Positions 9,714 through 19,333 of a stretch of DNA of 51,660 nt are shown one piece after another (position 1 is the first letter of the stretch; each line of letters starts with the position of its first letter). The notes under the pieces are model-generated. The model saw only the letters and a program-made list of their open reading frames with translations. It made no database searches and was not told the DNA's origin. The stretch lies in the IMG/VR virus record IMGVR_UViG_3300029309_000064, positions 1-51,660 of that record; one strand, 5' to 3'. The translations under genes and the position numbers were made by a program. Source of the stretch: a virus. Taxonomy: Duplodnaviria; Caudoviricetes.

Positions 9714-11828
9714 TTAAGTTACAGCTTTTTTAATTTCTTCAAATTCTCTTTCTTCGTCTACATCTCTAGGTTTTAATGTTCCTGAAATTATATCACGAAT
9801 CCTTTGTTGTTCTCTTAGTCTATCTATTCTATCGCCAGATGCGCTACTACCATAAGATTCAGATATTTCGTAGGGAGACATATCTTTATATCTATCAACA
9901 GAAACACCAGCAGCCCTTGCTAAGTTTTCTATCTCTACATCTGCTCTAGATCTTTCTTCATCTTTTCGTAAACCACCAAGCATTTCAGTAAGTTTAGTAC
10001 CTTTGATTTTTTCTTCTTTACCTGCATACTTAGCTATAGCTTCTGGTGTAGCTGATCTTGATGTTGATGTAATTCTAATATTTGGTAATATTTGGCCTGT
10101 ATCTTTATCAATACGTGTAGCACTTGGTGGTCTTGATCTAGGTCTAAACCCTCCTGCTGCGTAATACTCATCTACATCACCTATTCTTACAATCTCACCT
10201 GTTTCTGTATCTCTTACCGCTTCTTGTACAGGAACATTTTTTAAATCAAATATTTTTAAATTTCTTTTATCTCTTGCTTCTTGAGTAGGAAAACCCCCTT
10301 CATCCAACTCACTATCTTTAAATGGATTAGCTACTACAGGATCATAACCTGAAACACCTAAAGCAGAACCTAGTATATAATTAGTATCTGCAACCGTAGC
10401 ATAGTAAGGATCATCGAATTTAATTTCTGAAGCTCTTGTATCTGCATCCATTATATTTGCAGTCTTTTCAAAAATTGTTTGTGCTCTGTCCCTTTTTTGT
10501 TTTTCTGCAAGTTTTACTAAACCCAAAGCTCCTGCTGGGCCAGCAATAATCGAACCTACTAAACTTAATATACCTTTTTCTACAAAACTTAATTTTAAAG
10601 GATTTCGTTTATTGTCTAAAGAACTGTTTAATTCATCATAGTGATCTTGATAATCTAAAGGCTCCCATTTATCAACATTTTTAGTTTTAAAACTATTTTC
10701 TATTTCTATTTCTTCTTCTCTACGATCTTTTCTAGCAGACTCTACTATTTTTTGTTCTTCTACTACATCTGCTTCTTTTTCACGAAAACCTGAAGGTATT
10801 CTACTTAAAGGTCTACCATTAAAAAAGAATATAGTTACTCTTTGTCCTGTGCTGTCATTTATAAAAACCCTAGGTTCAAAACCTGTAAATAGTGATCCTG
10901 TACCACCGTAACCTCCAAAACCACCGCCTACAGGTTTAGGTACTTCGCGTTCAGGAACAACACCACCCTCTTGCATATTTATAGGTTTGTCTTGTCCTTT
11001 TTTCTCATCTTCTACTTCAAGCTCATCATCTCTAAAGTAAGACTCTTCACCTTTTTTAATACGCTCCCAACCTTCTGCTGCAGACTTTTGTAGCTCTTCA
11101 AAAAACTCCGTACCAAAGTAACGTCTAGTTGCGGCATTAATCATAAACTCATTAGGACTAGCATTAATGGGTATGTCATCACGTACTTCCTCTGGTGTAG
11201 CACCAAGAGGAGCAGTGTTGCCACTAACAGGATCTTTTGTTTCACTTAGTATCAAGTCCATTTCCATCTGCATAGGATTAGTATCAGGAACAGAACCACC
11301 CTCTGCAAAGTCAAGTGTAAAGCCAGTGTTAGCTACTACAGGAGAATCTTTTTTTAAAAAATCTTTGTCAGCATCCAAATAAGCTTTACCTTTACCAATT
11401 TTAAAAGTAAAACCTTTTTTACCTGAAGGTGTATTTTCATAAGTTAGTCTTGAACCAAATGGAACAGCATCTACTTTATCTATAAAACTTATATCTAACC
11501 CTTCATATAAACCCTCATCAGTAGAATAAAGATCTATTACTTTTCTATCTACAAGATCTATATTAGCTATTGTGTTACCTTTAGAATCTTTGAGAGGAAC
11601 AGTGCGGTTTTCATCGCTGACTGATATAGTGTTTGATTCACCTTTGTCATCATCATAATAAGTTACAGTAGAGGGTTGTTTATTATCATCTTTTTCAGGT
11701 CTAGCTCTTGGCCTAATGTTAGGAGAATCATCTCTACCAGCAGCAGCCTGTGATTCTGCGTAAGCTTTTGCTGAATCATAAGCGTCACGAGCCTCTTGCC
11801 CACCTAAACCATAATCTCTTTCAGGCAT
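9714..11828 (-). CDS. Large hypothetical, probable internal virion protein (704 aa)
   Basis: Between portal and scaffold; DPVSGN...EEVRDDIP...EFMINA core and FAEGG/MQEGG motifs. Confidence 0.55.
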   Translation of the reverse strand: MPERDYGLGGQEARDAYDSAKAYAESQAAAGRDDSPNIRPRARPEKDDNKQPSTVTYYDDDKGESNTISVSDENRTVPLKDSKGNTIANIDLVDRKVIDLYSTDEGLYEGLDISFIDKVDAVPFGSRLTYENTPSGKKGFTFKIGKGKAYLDADKDFLKKDSPVVANTGFTLDFAEGGSVPDTNPMQMEMDLILSETKDPVSGNTAPLGATPEEVRDDIPINASPNEFMINAATRRYFGTEFFEELQKSAAEGWERIKKGEESYFRDDELEVEDEKKGQDKPINMQEGGVVPEREVPKPVGGGFGGYGGTGSLFTGFEPRVFINDSTGQRVTIFFFNGRPLSRIPSGFREKEADVVEEQKIVESARKDRREEEIEIENSFKTKNVDKWEPLDYQDHYDELNSSLDNKRNPLKLSFVEKGILSLVGSIIAGPAGALGLVKLAEKQKRDRAQTIFEKTANIMDADTRASEIKFDDPYYATVADTNYILGSALGVSGYDPVVANPFKDSELDEGGFPTQEARDKRNLKIFDLKNVPVQEAVRDTETGEIVRIGDVDEYYAAGGFRPRSRPPSATRIDKDTGQILPNIRITSTSRSATPEAIAKYAGKEEKIKGTKLTEMLGGLRKDEERSRADVEIENLARAAGVSVDRYKDMSPYEISESYGSSASGDRIDRLREQQRIRDIISGTLKPRDVDEEREFEEIKKAVT

Positions 11829-12009
11829 TTACTTCATCCCTCAAATAAGTTAATCTGCGTAGTGCAGCCAGTTCACCTTGAGCACGATATATACCTTCCA
11901 TAGAAGTTTCGTGTTCTAACTTTTTCTGTGATACAGCTATCTTTGCATTTATGTTTTCTAAGAAAGCATCCCATAAAGGTTTATCGTTTACTAGTTTTTT
12001 TATTGTCAT
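11821..12009 (-). CDS. Small conserved protein after portal (62 aa)
   Basis: IYRAQG helical motif; overlaps both neighbours. Confidence 0.65.
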   Translation of the reverse strand: MTIKKLVNDKPLWDAFLENINAKIAVSQKKLEHETSMEGIYRAQGELAALRRLTYLRDEVNA

Positions 12010-14144
12010 GTTCCAGTAAACCCTTGCTCACCTGGAGTTGGTACTGTTCCTGTGCCTATGTTGCCACCCCCAGCACCTGTAGTATCTTGTACGCCTACTC
12101 CTGCTTGCTCTGGTGCTGCACCTGGTGATGGTGGTGCAGGTGGTCCTTGTGGTGCTCCATCTGGTGGAGCAGGTGGCGGTTGTTGAAACTTCTTGAGTAT
12201 CTCTGCTTGTATAGCTGCATCACCTAGAGAGTTTGTTACCTTATCAGGATCAAGGTCCATGCTCTTAGCTATCTCACGTATGATGTAGTCACTTTTTACA
12301 AAAGGCATGAGCGCTGGGTTAGATGCTACACCCATGAACTGCATCAAGCGTTGTGAGCGTACCTCGTTAGCCATTAGACTTTCTGTACCTGATGCCTTAA
12401 CTTCTAGATCACCTTTAATATCACTATCAAAATCAAACTGCATGTTAAATGCAAAGAAAGCCCTACCTATAGGACCGATTAAGTAATCATCTACATTCTT
12501 AACAACATTGCGGATAGAACCATTAGCAGCAGACATAAGCATAGAGATACCAGAAGCAGTACGGCCCACACCAGTGACGCCAGTTTGACCATGCGCGAAA
12601 CTTGGGAACCCTGTACTTTCATCGGCTAACACCCTTGCTTTATCAAACAATTGCATGTTTTCACCTGCTACGTTAGGAAACTTAGTGCCAAAGATACCTT
12701 GTCCTGGTGCTCCCCCTTGCCTACGAAATATCTTACCAGGATACACAGATAAGTCTTGACCTGGAACTAAATTAGTCTCGTCAACTTCGATAATAAGATT
12801 ACCACTTAGCGCTGCATTATCTATTGCCATACGCATAAAACCATTCATAAGGGTCTGTGTATCATCCATATTTTCAGCTATACCTACCCCAAAAAATGAG
12901 TAAGGGTTTAATTCGTATGGTACAGCATAGTAAGGAATACGTGCTGGCTTAAATGGATTCAACACTAAACGTAAAACAGTACCGTTACATATCCAAGCGT
13001 TAACGCTAACTTGCTCTGAGTTCTTTAACTCTTTGGTAATTGTAACACCATTTTCTGCAAGTATATCTGTATCTACGTAACCCCAAAACTCTAGTACTTC
13101 ATATCTATATGGAGCAGAACTATACTGAGATTCATCCTCCATGTCCTGTTCCCAATACTTTTTTTCGTATGACTCACCTAAGTTAATAGCTTCGTTAATA
13201 GACTCCTCTCTAAAAAAAGGTCTTGACTTTAAACCACGCATTTGTGAACGTGTCATGCGGTGACGTTCTACTACAAACTCAGCCTCATCCATATTGTACG
13301 CATCAGGGTCAGGATAAAAGTTCCATATAGAAACGTGACTAGTAGATGGCACAGTCTTAATGGTAGGATTGTAATCGCCTGACTCCATATCCCAATTAGG
13401 ATACTCTTTGTCGATAGCAAATGGTCCCTTCATTATGCCAGTACCAAAAAGCGCCATCTCAAAAGCTGTGTGGCGTAGCTGTTTGTTAGCACCACTTTCC
13501 TCTAGCTGATCATGTATTTTCTTTTCCATCTTCTTAGCTGCAACCATAGCAGGATGAAAAGTAACTGTGCTTTGATTTGTACCTGGACCTTCAATAACTT
13601 TATCACCCATCTGCTCTAGTTTATTTTCTAGAGGACCAAGACGCTTCATGCGGTCATACATAGTCTCGCCAGGTTTTAACTTTTCATCAGGGTCAAATAA
13701 ATAAGAAACCTTTGGTTCTTTTCCAAAGGCTGATGATAGTTCTTCTTGAGCTTGTTCTGCATTAGGGTCTATATTAATGTGTACAGACTCAGCTACACCC
13801 TCTGGCAAAGTAGTAGGATTTACTGTAAGTGGAAAGCGTGAGCTACCAAATAACACATCTACAATCTGTCCATACGCAGCTAGAGTTTTTGTTTTAGTGA
13901 CTTTAACAAATACTCTGGACTTTTCAGTCTCAGTAAACTGCACATCAGGACCATATAAACCACGATAGTTACGATATGCGCGAAGCCATCTATTTTCATC
14001 TGTGTATCTTGCGTCTTCTGCACGTTTAAACTTTTCTGTTACAAAGGCAACCACGCTACCTGCGTCTAGCTCATCTCCATCTTGAACAACAGACACTTCA
14101 TCTGTTTCAAAAAGTTCAGCTTGTTCGTTTTCATTTACTGCCAT
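12006..14144 (-). CDS. Portal protein (712 aa)
   Basis: Follows terL; FGTGIMKGP, WNFYPDP, FFGVGIAE, RTASGISML motifs; Pro/Gly-rich tail. Confidence 0.88.
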   Translation of the reverse strand: MAVNENEQAELFETDEVSVVQDGDELDAGSVVAFVTEKFKRAEDARYTDENRWLRAYRNYRGLYGPDVQFTETEKSRVFVKVTKTKTLAAYGQIVDVLFGSSRFPLTVNPTTLPEGVAESVHINIDPNAEQAQEELSSAFGKEPKVSYLFDPDEKLKPGETMYDRMKRLGPLENKLEQMGDKVIEGPGTNQSTVTFHPAMVAAKKMEKKIHDQLEESGANKQLRHTAFEMALFGTGIMKGPFAIDKEYPNWDMESGDYNPTIKTVPSTSHVSIWNFYPDPDAYNMDEAEFVVERHRMTRSQMRGLKSRPFFREESINEAINLGESYEKKYWEQDMEDESQYSSAPYRYEVLEFWGYVDTDILAENGVTITKELKNSEQVSVNAWICNGTVLRLVLNPFKPARIPYYAVPYELNPYSFFGVGIAENMDDTQTLMNGFMRMAIDNAALSGNLIIEVDETNLVPGQDLSVYPGKIFRRQGGAPGQGIFGTKFPNVAGENMQLFDKARVLADESTGFPSFAHGQTGVTGVGRTASGISMLMSAANGSIRNVVKNVDDYLIGPIGRAFFAFNMQFDFDSDIKGDLEVKASGTESLMANEVRSQRLMQFMGVASNPALMPFVKSDYIIREIAKSMDLDPDKVTNSLGDAAIQAEILKKFQQPPPAPPDGAPQGPPAPPSPGAAPEQAGVGVQDTTGAGGGNIGTGTVPTPGEQGFTGT

Positions 14145-14146
14145 TA

Positions 14147-15724
14147 TTAGTATCCAAATGTTGCGTCAGAAGCCTGAAACCCTGAACGTTGTGATATAGG
14201 ATTAAAATCCCAAAGGGAACTACGTGGTCTTGTCATTATACCATATCTCAGTGCATCATACAAGTGATCTTCTGCATTTGTGTCTACATCTTCGTGGTTT
14301 TTTTTGTCTAAAGGTAAACCAGGAAGCTGTGCTATTATGTTGGTGCAGGAAGAAAAGAATACTAACCTTGGCTCATCAGTAAACTCATCTACCTGCAAAC
14401 GGCGGTGAAGCTCATTTTTACCTGCAACCCTAGAACCTCTAGAACGATCAGAAGGACGCCAACGACACCCCTTTGCGTTCATCTGTTCAGCCAAGGACGG
14501 TCCTGTGTCTCCACGTTTATGCCACAGGGAACTGTCTAACACGCCGTACCTGATACTACCATCTTCACTTTCTGCTTCTAGTATCATATCCGCTAAATCT
14601 GTAGCTGTTACTTTAGAACAATATAACTCTCTATAAACTACAAGTTGTTCGCTTGGCGTGACAGTAAACCATACTACTCCTGTGAAACTACCATAACCGT
14701 AGTCACAAGCTCTAAATCTAGCCCAGCTACGAGGTATGTCATACGGTTCTACTACGTGTATCTTTCTGTTAAACTCAGGAAAAGCTGCACCTTCATTTAC
14801 ATCCCAATTACCTTCTAGTAGCTGCTTACGTTGATGTTCAGGTAACGAAAGAAGCATAGCTTCGTAGTCGCCACTTTCAGCTAAGTAAGGATTATCGAAG
14901 AGACTAGCAGGTATGAACCTACGCTTAAACAGGGGTTGACCAGATTTACTATGCCCTTTGGGAAACTTCAGAACCTCACTAGTCTCTATGTCCGTTGCCC
15001 AGAATGCTGTGTTAGGTTGTGCTGGGTCAATGAACATCTTTTTAACCCAAGAGTGTCCCAATCCACCTGGGTTTGTTGTAGCTCTCATGTATAGCCCTAA
15101 GTCTTTGTTTGCACTACGTAATCTTGAGCGCATATAATTCCAACTGTAAGGGCTACCCCACTGAGTTAGCTCGTCAAAAGCTACGTAGTTAAACGCCTGT
15201 CCTTGATATCTCATAACGTCTGTGTCTCTGTCTAGGTACGACATCCATAATGTGCCGCCTCTAGGTGTAGTCCACTGTGACTTACGCTCTGACCACTTGA
15301 TACCAGGAATAGCTTTAGGGTATAACTCCTGACTTTTTTGTATTAACTCTCTTAGTTCCTCAGTAGTGTGACGTACAAGAAGACCACTAAAATCTGAATT
15401 GTTCATATTACGTAAAGGGTCTGCTAACGTAGCGTAACTCTTGCCACCTCCTGCTGCCCCTCCATACAAAACTTCCCTCTCACTTGCAGCTAAAAACTCT
15501 GTTTGAGGACCAACGTTAGGCTTGAACACTACATTCTGTGCTTCTTGTACGTCATACTCTGCAGGTTTAACCTGCGCTGGGGGTACTTTCGTTGGCGTCT
15601 TCTTCGTAGGTGTAGTAGCCAAATCTTTCTTTTTCGAGGATTTCGATCTGACGTAACGCTTTTTCAAGCCGTTTGGCGTACTCGCGTTTAATCGTAGTAA
15701 GTCTTTTTCTTTTCCTTTCAACAT
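14147..15724 (-). CDS. terL: Terminase large subunit (true start uncertain, possibly TTG at 15622)
   Basis: Walker A YGGAAGGGKS, Walker B VAFDE, ATTNPGG, nuclease DYGY and DHLYDALRY. Confidence 0.93.
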   Translation of the reverse strand: MLKGKEKDLLRLNASTPNGLKKRYVRSKSSKKKDLATTPTKKTPTKVPPAQVKPAEYDVQEAQNVVFKPNVGPQTEFLAASEREVLYGGAAGGGKSYATLADPLRNMNNSDFSGLLVRHTTEELRELIQKSQELYPKAIPGIKWSERKSQWTTPRGGTLWMSYLDRDTDVMRYQGQAFNYVAFDELTQWGSPYSWNYMRSRLRSANKDLGLYMRATTNPGGLGHSWVKKMFIDPAQPNTAFWATDIETSEVLKFPKGHSKSGQPLFKRRFIPASLFDNPYLAESGDYEAMLLSLPEHQRKQLLEGNWDVNEGAAFPEFNRKIHVVEPYDIPRSWARFRACDYGYGSFTGVVWFTVTPSEQLVVYRELYCSKVTATDLADMILEAESEDGSIRYGVLDSSLWHKRGDTGPSLAEQMNAKGCRWRPSDRSRGSRVAGKNELHRRLQVDEFTDEPRLVFFSSCTNIIAQLPGLPLDKKNHEDVDTNAEDHLYDALRYGIMTRPRSSLWDFNPISQRSGFQASDATFGY

Positions 15725-16019
15725 CTAAACGCTTCTTCAACCCATCGTGTGTTATGCTTCTGCCTGACTGCGTAGTTAACCATGCTGACACTTGCCTCAA
15801 GCTGTATTGTTTTACGTGTTTTTTAGCTAGTTCAAGTAACTCTAGCTCTTCAGGTATAGGGTTTAACCAATCATTATCCTCTGGATCTACCTCATAACCA
15901 AACGGTATATACTGACTTAATCTTGGTATGCGTTGCCAAAGCTTTACTTTAAATGGTACTCTAGGTAGCATCCAGTATTCGTGTTGTAAAGGACGCTCTC
16001 TTTTAAGTTTAAGCTTCAT
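15567..16019 (-). CDS. Putative DNA-binding protein between terS and terL
   Basis: IPFGY...YSLRQVSAWL resembles the recombinase DNA-binding domain; ATG at 16019 chosen inside ORF 15567-16061. Confidence 0.5.
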   Translation of the reverse strand: MKLKLKRERPLQHEYWMLPRVPFKVKLWQRIPRLSQYIPFGYEVDPEDNDWLNPIPEELELLELAKKHVKQYSLRQVSAWLTTQSGRSITHDGLKKRLDVERKRKRLTTIKREYAKRLEKALRQIEILEKERFGYYTYEEDANESTPSAG

Positions 16020-16377
16020 CTTCGTTTTTTGGTGGCAATATAAATAATCCACCTGGTGCATCTACAGATACTCTCTCTGTTTTTACCACCCCAGCGCGAT
16101 CTAGTATTTGACCTGCAGCCATCATCTTTTCTTTGATGCCTAGCTGGGTAGGATCGTCCAAAGCAGAGGCATATGCAACTGCAGCTTTAGGGCCAACTCT
16201 TGACATGTACGTTTTAGTTGCTTCAAATATCTCATCTTTTAGAGACTCCACTATTGAACTAGTAGATGAGTTATCGTTGTACCCTGCCAGCTTTTTAGCT
16301 TGCACAACGTCACCACCTGCTTCCTCAAAGAGCACTTCTAAGAACCTAGCTTGGTTTTCTGTAAGCTTACGTGTCAT
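16009..16377 (-). CDS. terS: Probable terminase small subunit (122 aa)
   Basis: LTENQARFLE...AKKLAGY HTH-like N-terminus, AAGQILDRAG; upstream of terL. Confidence 0.65.
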   Translation of the reverse strand: MTRKLTENQARFLEVLFEEAGGDVVQAKKLAGYNDNSSTSSIVESLKDEIFEATKTYMSRVGPKAAVAYASALDDPTQLGIKEKMMAAGQILDRAGVVKTERVSVDAPGGLFILPPKNEDEA

Positions 16378-16622
16378 GTTACCTTCCTGTAGGCTCTGGT
16401 TTTTTTTGCGATCTTTTTAGGTTGAGCCACATGCTGCTTACCTGCCTTAGTGCCTTTTCGTTTAGCTCTGGTTGTAGCGGCATACTCAGCATCGCTAAGA
16501 GACTTAATAGCCGCACTAGGTAAATAACGCTCACCAGTCTTAGCGCTAGGCTTCCCACTCTTTGTGCGCCACTTTTGTTTTGTCCATGACTTGAGACTTT
16601 TTTGAGATTTCTTTAGGGCCAT
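16374..16622 (-). CDS. Small basic protein, DUF5872-like C-terminal half (82 aa)
   Basis: SQKSLKSWTKQKWRT...ERYLP motif. Confidence 0.6.
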   Translation of the reverse strand: MALKKSQKSLKSWTKQKWRTKSGKPSAKTGERYLPSAAIKSLSDAEYAATTRAKRKGTKAGKQHVAQPKKIAKKTRAYRKVT

Positions 16623-16694
16623 TTAACAACATTCACACTCTGGATGACATTTACGATTTAATAAAGCACACCATAATCTTTTTAGGTATCTCAT
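16623..16694 (-). CDS. 23-aa Cys-rich peptide MRYLKRLWCALLNRKCHPECECC
   Basis: Fills the gap exactly; start overlaps the upstream stop; GGAGG RBS in the upstream gene end. Confidence 0.5.
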   Translation of the reverse strand: MRYLKRLWCALLNRKCHPECECC

Positions 16695-16876
16695 CATGAT
16701 TTGTATCCTCCCCCTGCTTTTTTATAGGCAGAGGCCAGCATTTGAGCTTTTCTCGCTGACCACTGACCTGGTTTTCCTCCCTTGCTACCAGCTTTTATTC
16801 TGGCAAACTGTCGTTTACGCATGGCTGGCTTAGTATAATTTCCAGCTTTATTTACTGTAGATTTAGCTTTAGCCAT
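16694..16876 (-). CDS. Small basic protein, DUF5872-like N-terminal half (60 aa)
   Basis: YTKP...KGGKPGQWSARKAQ...YKKAGGGY motif. Confidence 0.6.
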   Translation of the reverse strand: MAKAKSTVNKAGNYTKPAMRKRQFARIKAGSKGGKPGQWSARKAQMLASAYKKAGGGYKS

Positions 16877-16888
16877 GCGTAACTCCTC

Positions 16889-17317
16889 CTACTTACCATA
16901 AAACATACCTGATTTACGGTAGTCTTTACTTCCATTATTAATTAAACCACCACGATTTTTAAAACCCATCTTATTACGTACTTCAGTGGGTAGTTTTTTT
17001 AGACCTACATTTCCTGCAGGGGGTTCTTTTAGTTTACCACCTTCAGCCATGTTAGGCGTACCTTGAGGTAAGGGTCTTTGCATTTGTTGTGAGTCCATCA
17101 TGCCTTGTTGACGTTGCATATCAGAAGCCGTAGGATTGTACATAGGCTGTATAGGATTAATAATGCCGCCTACTTGTTTATTCTTGCCCATGTTTTTCTC
17201 CACTCCTTTTATAATCCCTTTGTTACGAGAGGCATAAAATACAGACTCTCCTTTTTTAGGACCATACTGCTCTTTCATAGAGCGCATTATCTTTTTACCT
17301 TTTTTAGTTAAAGGCAT
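16889..17317 (-). CDS. Basic hypothetical protein (142 aa)
   Basis: MPLTKKGKKIM..MKEQYG.KKGE.VFYAS motif; xxxGG motifs. Confidence 0.65.
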   Translation of the reverse strand: MPLTKKGKKIMRSMKEQYGPKKGESVFYASRNKGIIKGVEKNMGKNKQVGGIINPIQPMYNPTASDMQRQQGMMDSQQMQRPLPQGTPNMAEGGKLKEPPAGNVGLKKLPTEVRNKMGFKNRGGLINNGSKDYRKSGMFYGK

Positions 17318-17321
17318 AGCG

Positions 17322-17543
17322 TTACATCTTAGTTAGTTTGTAGCCTTTGGCTTTAGCTGCAGAACGCATTTGAGCTAGAGTCATGCCTGTTGCTCCACCC
17401 TTGGCGTAACCTTTTTTCATTTTACCGCCACGGGCCATACCTTTTTTCTTCATAGGCATTTTACCACCTTTAGCCATTCCCTTCTTTTTCATAGCTCCAC
17501 CACGAGCCATACCTTTCTTTTTGTTGTTTTTCTTCATTGCCAT
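17322..17543 (-). CDS. Lys/Met/Gly-rich repeat protein (73 aa)
   Basis: Four KKG(M/Y)A(R/K)GG repeats. Confidence 0.7.
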   Translation of the reverse strand: MAMKKNNKKKGMARGGAMKKKGMAKGGKMPMKKKGMARGGKMKKGYAKGGATGMTLAQMRSAAKAKGYKLTKM

Positions 17544-17548
17544 AGCAA

Positions 17549-18229
17549 TTACTCCTTATCGCTGTACAGATTGTTAAACACTCGTTGCGTATCCCAAACG
17601 TATTCTACGTCTTGCTTAGAGTGAAATATGTTTTGGTTTGGCCTGAAGTCAGGAGCACCTTGTCCTGTTTCAAACCAAGCTGGGTGAGTTACTCTCACTC
17701 TGTTATTGGGCAACGCAACTATGTTACCAGTATATTCTCCTGCATCTAACAACTCCAGCACATGTGATTGTTTATGCTGGGCAGGATCATCTGCTACTTC
17801 GTTATCTGTATAATCAACTGTAAAATAATACTTAGCTGGATAAAACTCATTATCAATCTTTGCAATCCAAGGCGCTGGGCTTGCTCTGTTAAGCACGTAA
17901 ACAGAGTGATAATGTGACATACAATCCCAAGGTTGTGCCATATACGGAGGTAGTTCAGTGGGCCATTCTTCTAGTGGAGTATCAGCTACTAAAGCAGTAA
18001 GGGGCATCCTAGCCCACATAGCTCCTCCGTGAACGTTTAGGTCTTCGTCCGATTCGTCTGACTCGCACCCTGTAAATATAACTTGGAAGCTTAGAGTCCT
18101 GTTTGGCATCGTTGTCACTGCTATCACCATGCAGTGCAGAAACTCTCCGTGATATTCTTCTAAGTTCTTTGTATACTCTCTTCTTACCCATGCTTTAAAA
18201 TAAGGTATGTTACTTTGAAGATACGGCAT
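17549..18229 (-). CDS. Conserved hypothetical phage protein (226 aa)
   Basis: Long ORF with HGGAMWARMP, QPWDC and PNNR motifs; function unknown. Confidence 0.7.
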   Translation of the reverse strand: MPYLQSNIPYFKAWVRREYTKNLEEYHGEFLHCMVIAVTTMPNRTLSFQVIFTGCESDESDEDLNVHGGAMWARMPLTALVADTPLEEWPTELPPYMAQPWDCMSHYHSVYVLNRASPAPWIAKIDNEFYPAKYYFTVDYTDNEVADDPAQHKQSHVLELLDAGEYTGNIVALPNNRVRVTHPAWFETGQGAPDFRPNQNIFHSKQDVEYVWDTQRVFNNLYSDKE

Positions 18230-18512
18230 CTTTTTCCTTTCGCAATCTTGTTTTAGCTTTTTTAGCTATCTGAACAACTTCTGTTTTGCCCATTACTTTA
18301 GCACGTTGTTCCATAACTGTCAAGATCTGAATTTTTCTTGCGAAAGGTTTTCCTGATTTTCTTACTCTTGCAACAGTTTCCCTTGCATCCTTTGTTGTTG
18401 CAAACTTTATAGGTACAGTATCTTTAGGGTTTTCGTCAGTGTACAACCTACGTCCTGACCCTTTAGGTTTTTTACCTGTTCCTACTTTTGGGTCTTTTCG
18501 TTTTTGAGCCAT
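18210..18512 (-). CDS. Basic hypothetical protein (100 aa)
   Basis: LYTDENPKDTV motif; overlapping operon arrangement. Confidence 0.65.
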   Translation of the reverse strand: MAQKRKDPKVGTGKKPKGSGRRLYTDENPKDTVPIKFATTKDARETVARVRKSGKPFARKIQILTVMEQRAKVMGKTEVVQIAKKAKTRLRKEKDAVSSK

Positions 18513-18624
18513 TACCTACTATACCTTTTAGTGTTCTAGCTTGACCTTGATGTGTTTTTACAGCTTTGTTTAAACCCTTTATAACACCTTTAACTTTTTG
18601 TTTATTCTGTTTTGTTAATGCCAT
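18472..18624 (-). CDS. 50-aa basic protein MALTKQNKQKVKGVIKGLNKAVKTHQGQARTL...
   Basis: Below cutoff; AGGA RBS; fills the gap in the operon. Confidence 0.55.
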   Translation of the reverse strand: MALTKQNKQKVKGVIKGLNKAVKTHQGQARTLKGIVGNGSKTKRPKSRNR

Positions 18625-18632
18625 ATTCTTTC

Positions 18633-18860
18633 CTATGCTACAATAAAGTCTACGTTTTCACCTACACGGTGCGGATATACTTTATTCATGTTATGAGGAT
18701 GATAAGTATATGCATCTGTGTACTTATACTTATGTACTTTTTTGTCTATAGCTTTTGCTGTTTCTTCTACACGTTGTGTGGAGGGTAAATCAGGTGCAAC
18801 TTTATTAAACGGCATCTGCGGTAAAGGCATATAGTCTAATAAACTTAAGCTTACATTCAT
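18633..18860 (-). CDS. Hypothetical protein (about 75 aa)
   Basis: ATG at 18860 overlaps the upstream stop; part of ORF 18633-18914. Confidence 0.5.
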   Translation of the reverse strand: MNVSLSLLDYMPLPQMPFNKVAPDLPSTQRVEETAKAIDKKVHKYKYTDAYTYHPHNMNKVYPHRVGENVDFIVA

Positions 18861-19042
18861 CCTGGTAACATCCAAATTATATAACCAGTAAGGAATACCC
18901 ACAGCGCTATCCAAATGCGATACTCAAATACCCACTTAGCAAAACTCACAGTAAGTTTCCTCCACTCCTGCTTCTTTACCCAGCGCCCTATGTCCATTAT
19001 TAAGTTAGCTAACGTCCATGCACCACTGATGATATTCCACAT
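18857..19042 (-). CDS. Small membrane protein (61 aa)
   Basis: Trp-rich with hydrophobic C-terminus; operon position. Confidence 0.45.
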   Translation of the reverse strand: MWNIISGAWTLANLIMDIGRWVKKQEWRKLTVSFAKWVFEYRIWIALWVFLTGYIIWMLPG

Positions 19043-19048
19043 GTTAAA

Positions 19049-19333
19049 CTACCAAGCCTTACAAGACCAGTAACGTGCAGTAAATTTATCTTTAGCTGTA
19101 TCACAATTGTGCCTAGCACGAAAGCTCTTACGTCTTTCAGGGTTATCTTTCTTGATAGACATGTTAGGGTCCCCAAAACGTACAACTTTTATTTGATCAC
19201 CCTTCTTAGCTAGTACGGCTGACTTCTTTGACTCGCCTGACAAACGTTTAGGCTTGTTATACCCAGGAAAAGTTTCCCCACGATACTTTAACTTACCACT
19301 AGGTAGTCGTTCTACGTCTTTAGTTGTAGCCAT
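19049..19333 (-). CDS. Basic conserved phage protein, DUF6321-like (94 aa)
   Basis: VRFGDPNM...RRKSFRARHNC...ARYWSC motif. Confidence 0.7.
   Translation of the reverse strand: MATTKDVERLPSGKLKYRGETFPGYNKPKRLSGESKKSAVLAKKGDQIKVVRFGDPNMSIKKDNPERRKSFRARHNCDTAKDKFTARYWSCKAW

Noticed and set aside
9102-9776. 224-aa plus-strand ORF and the many other antisense ORFs in the track
   Set aside because: Shadows of real genes on the opposite strand, Ser/Leu/Phe-rich and without RBSs
15567-15724. Programmed frameshift fusing the upstream gene to terL
   Set aside because: Would need a +1 shift with no clear signal; a TTG start at 15622 explains the overlap
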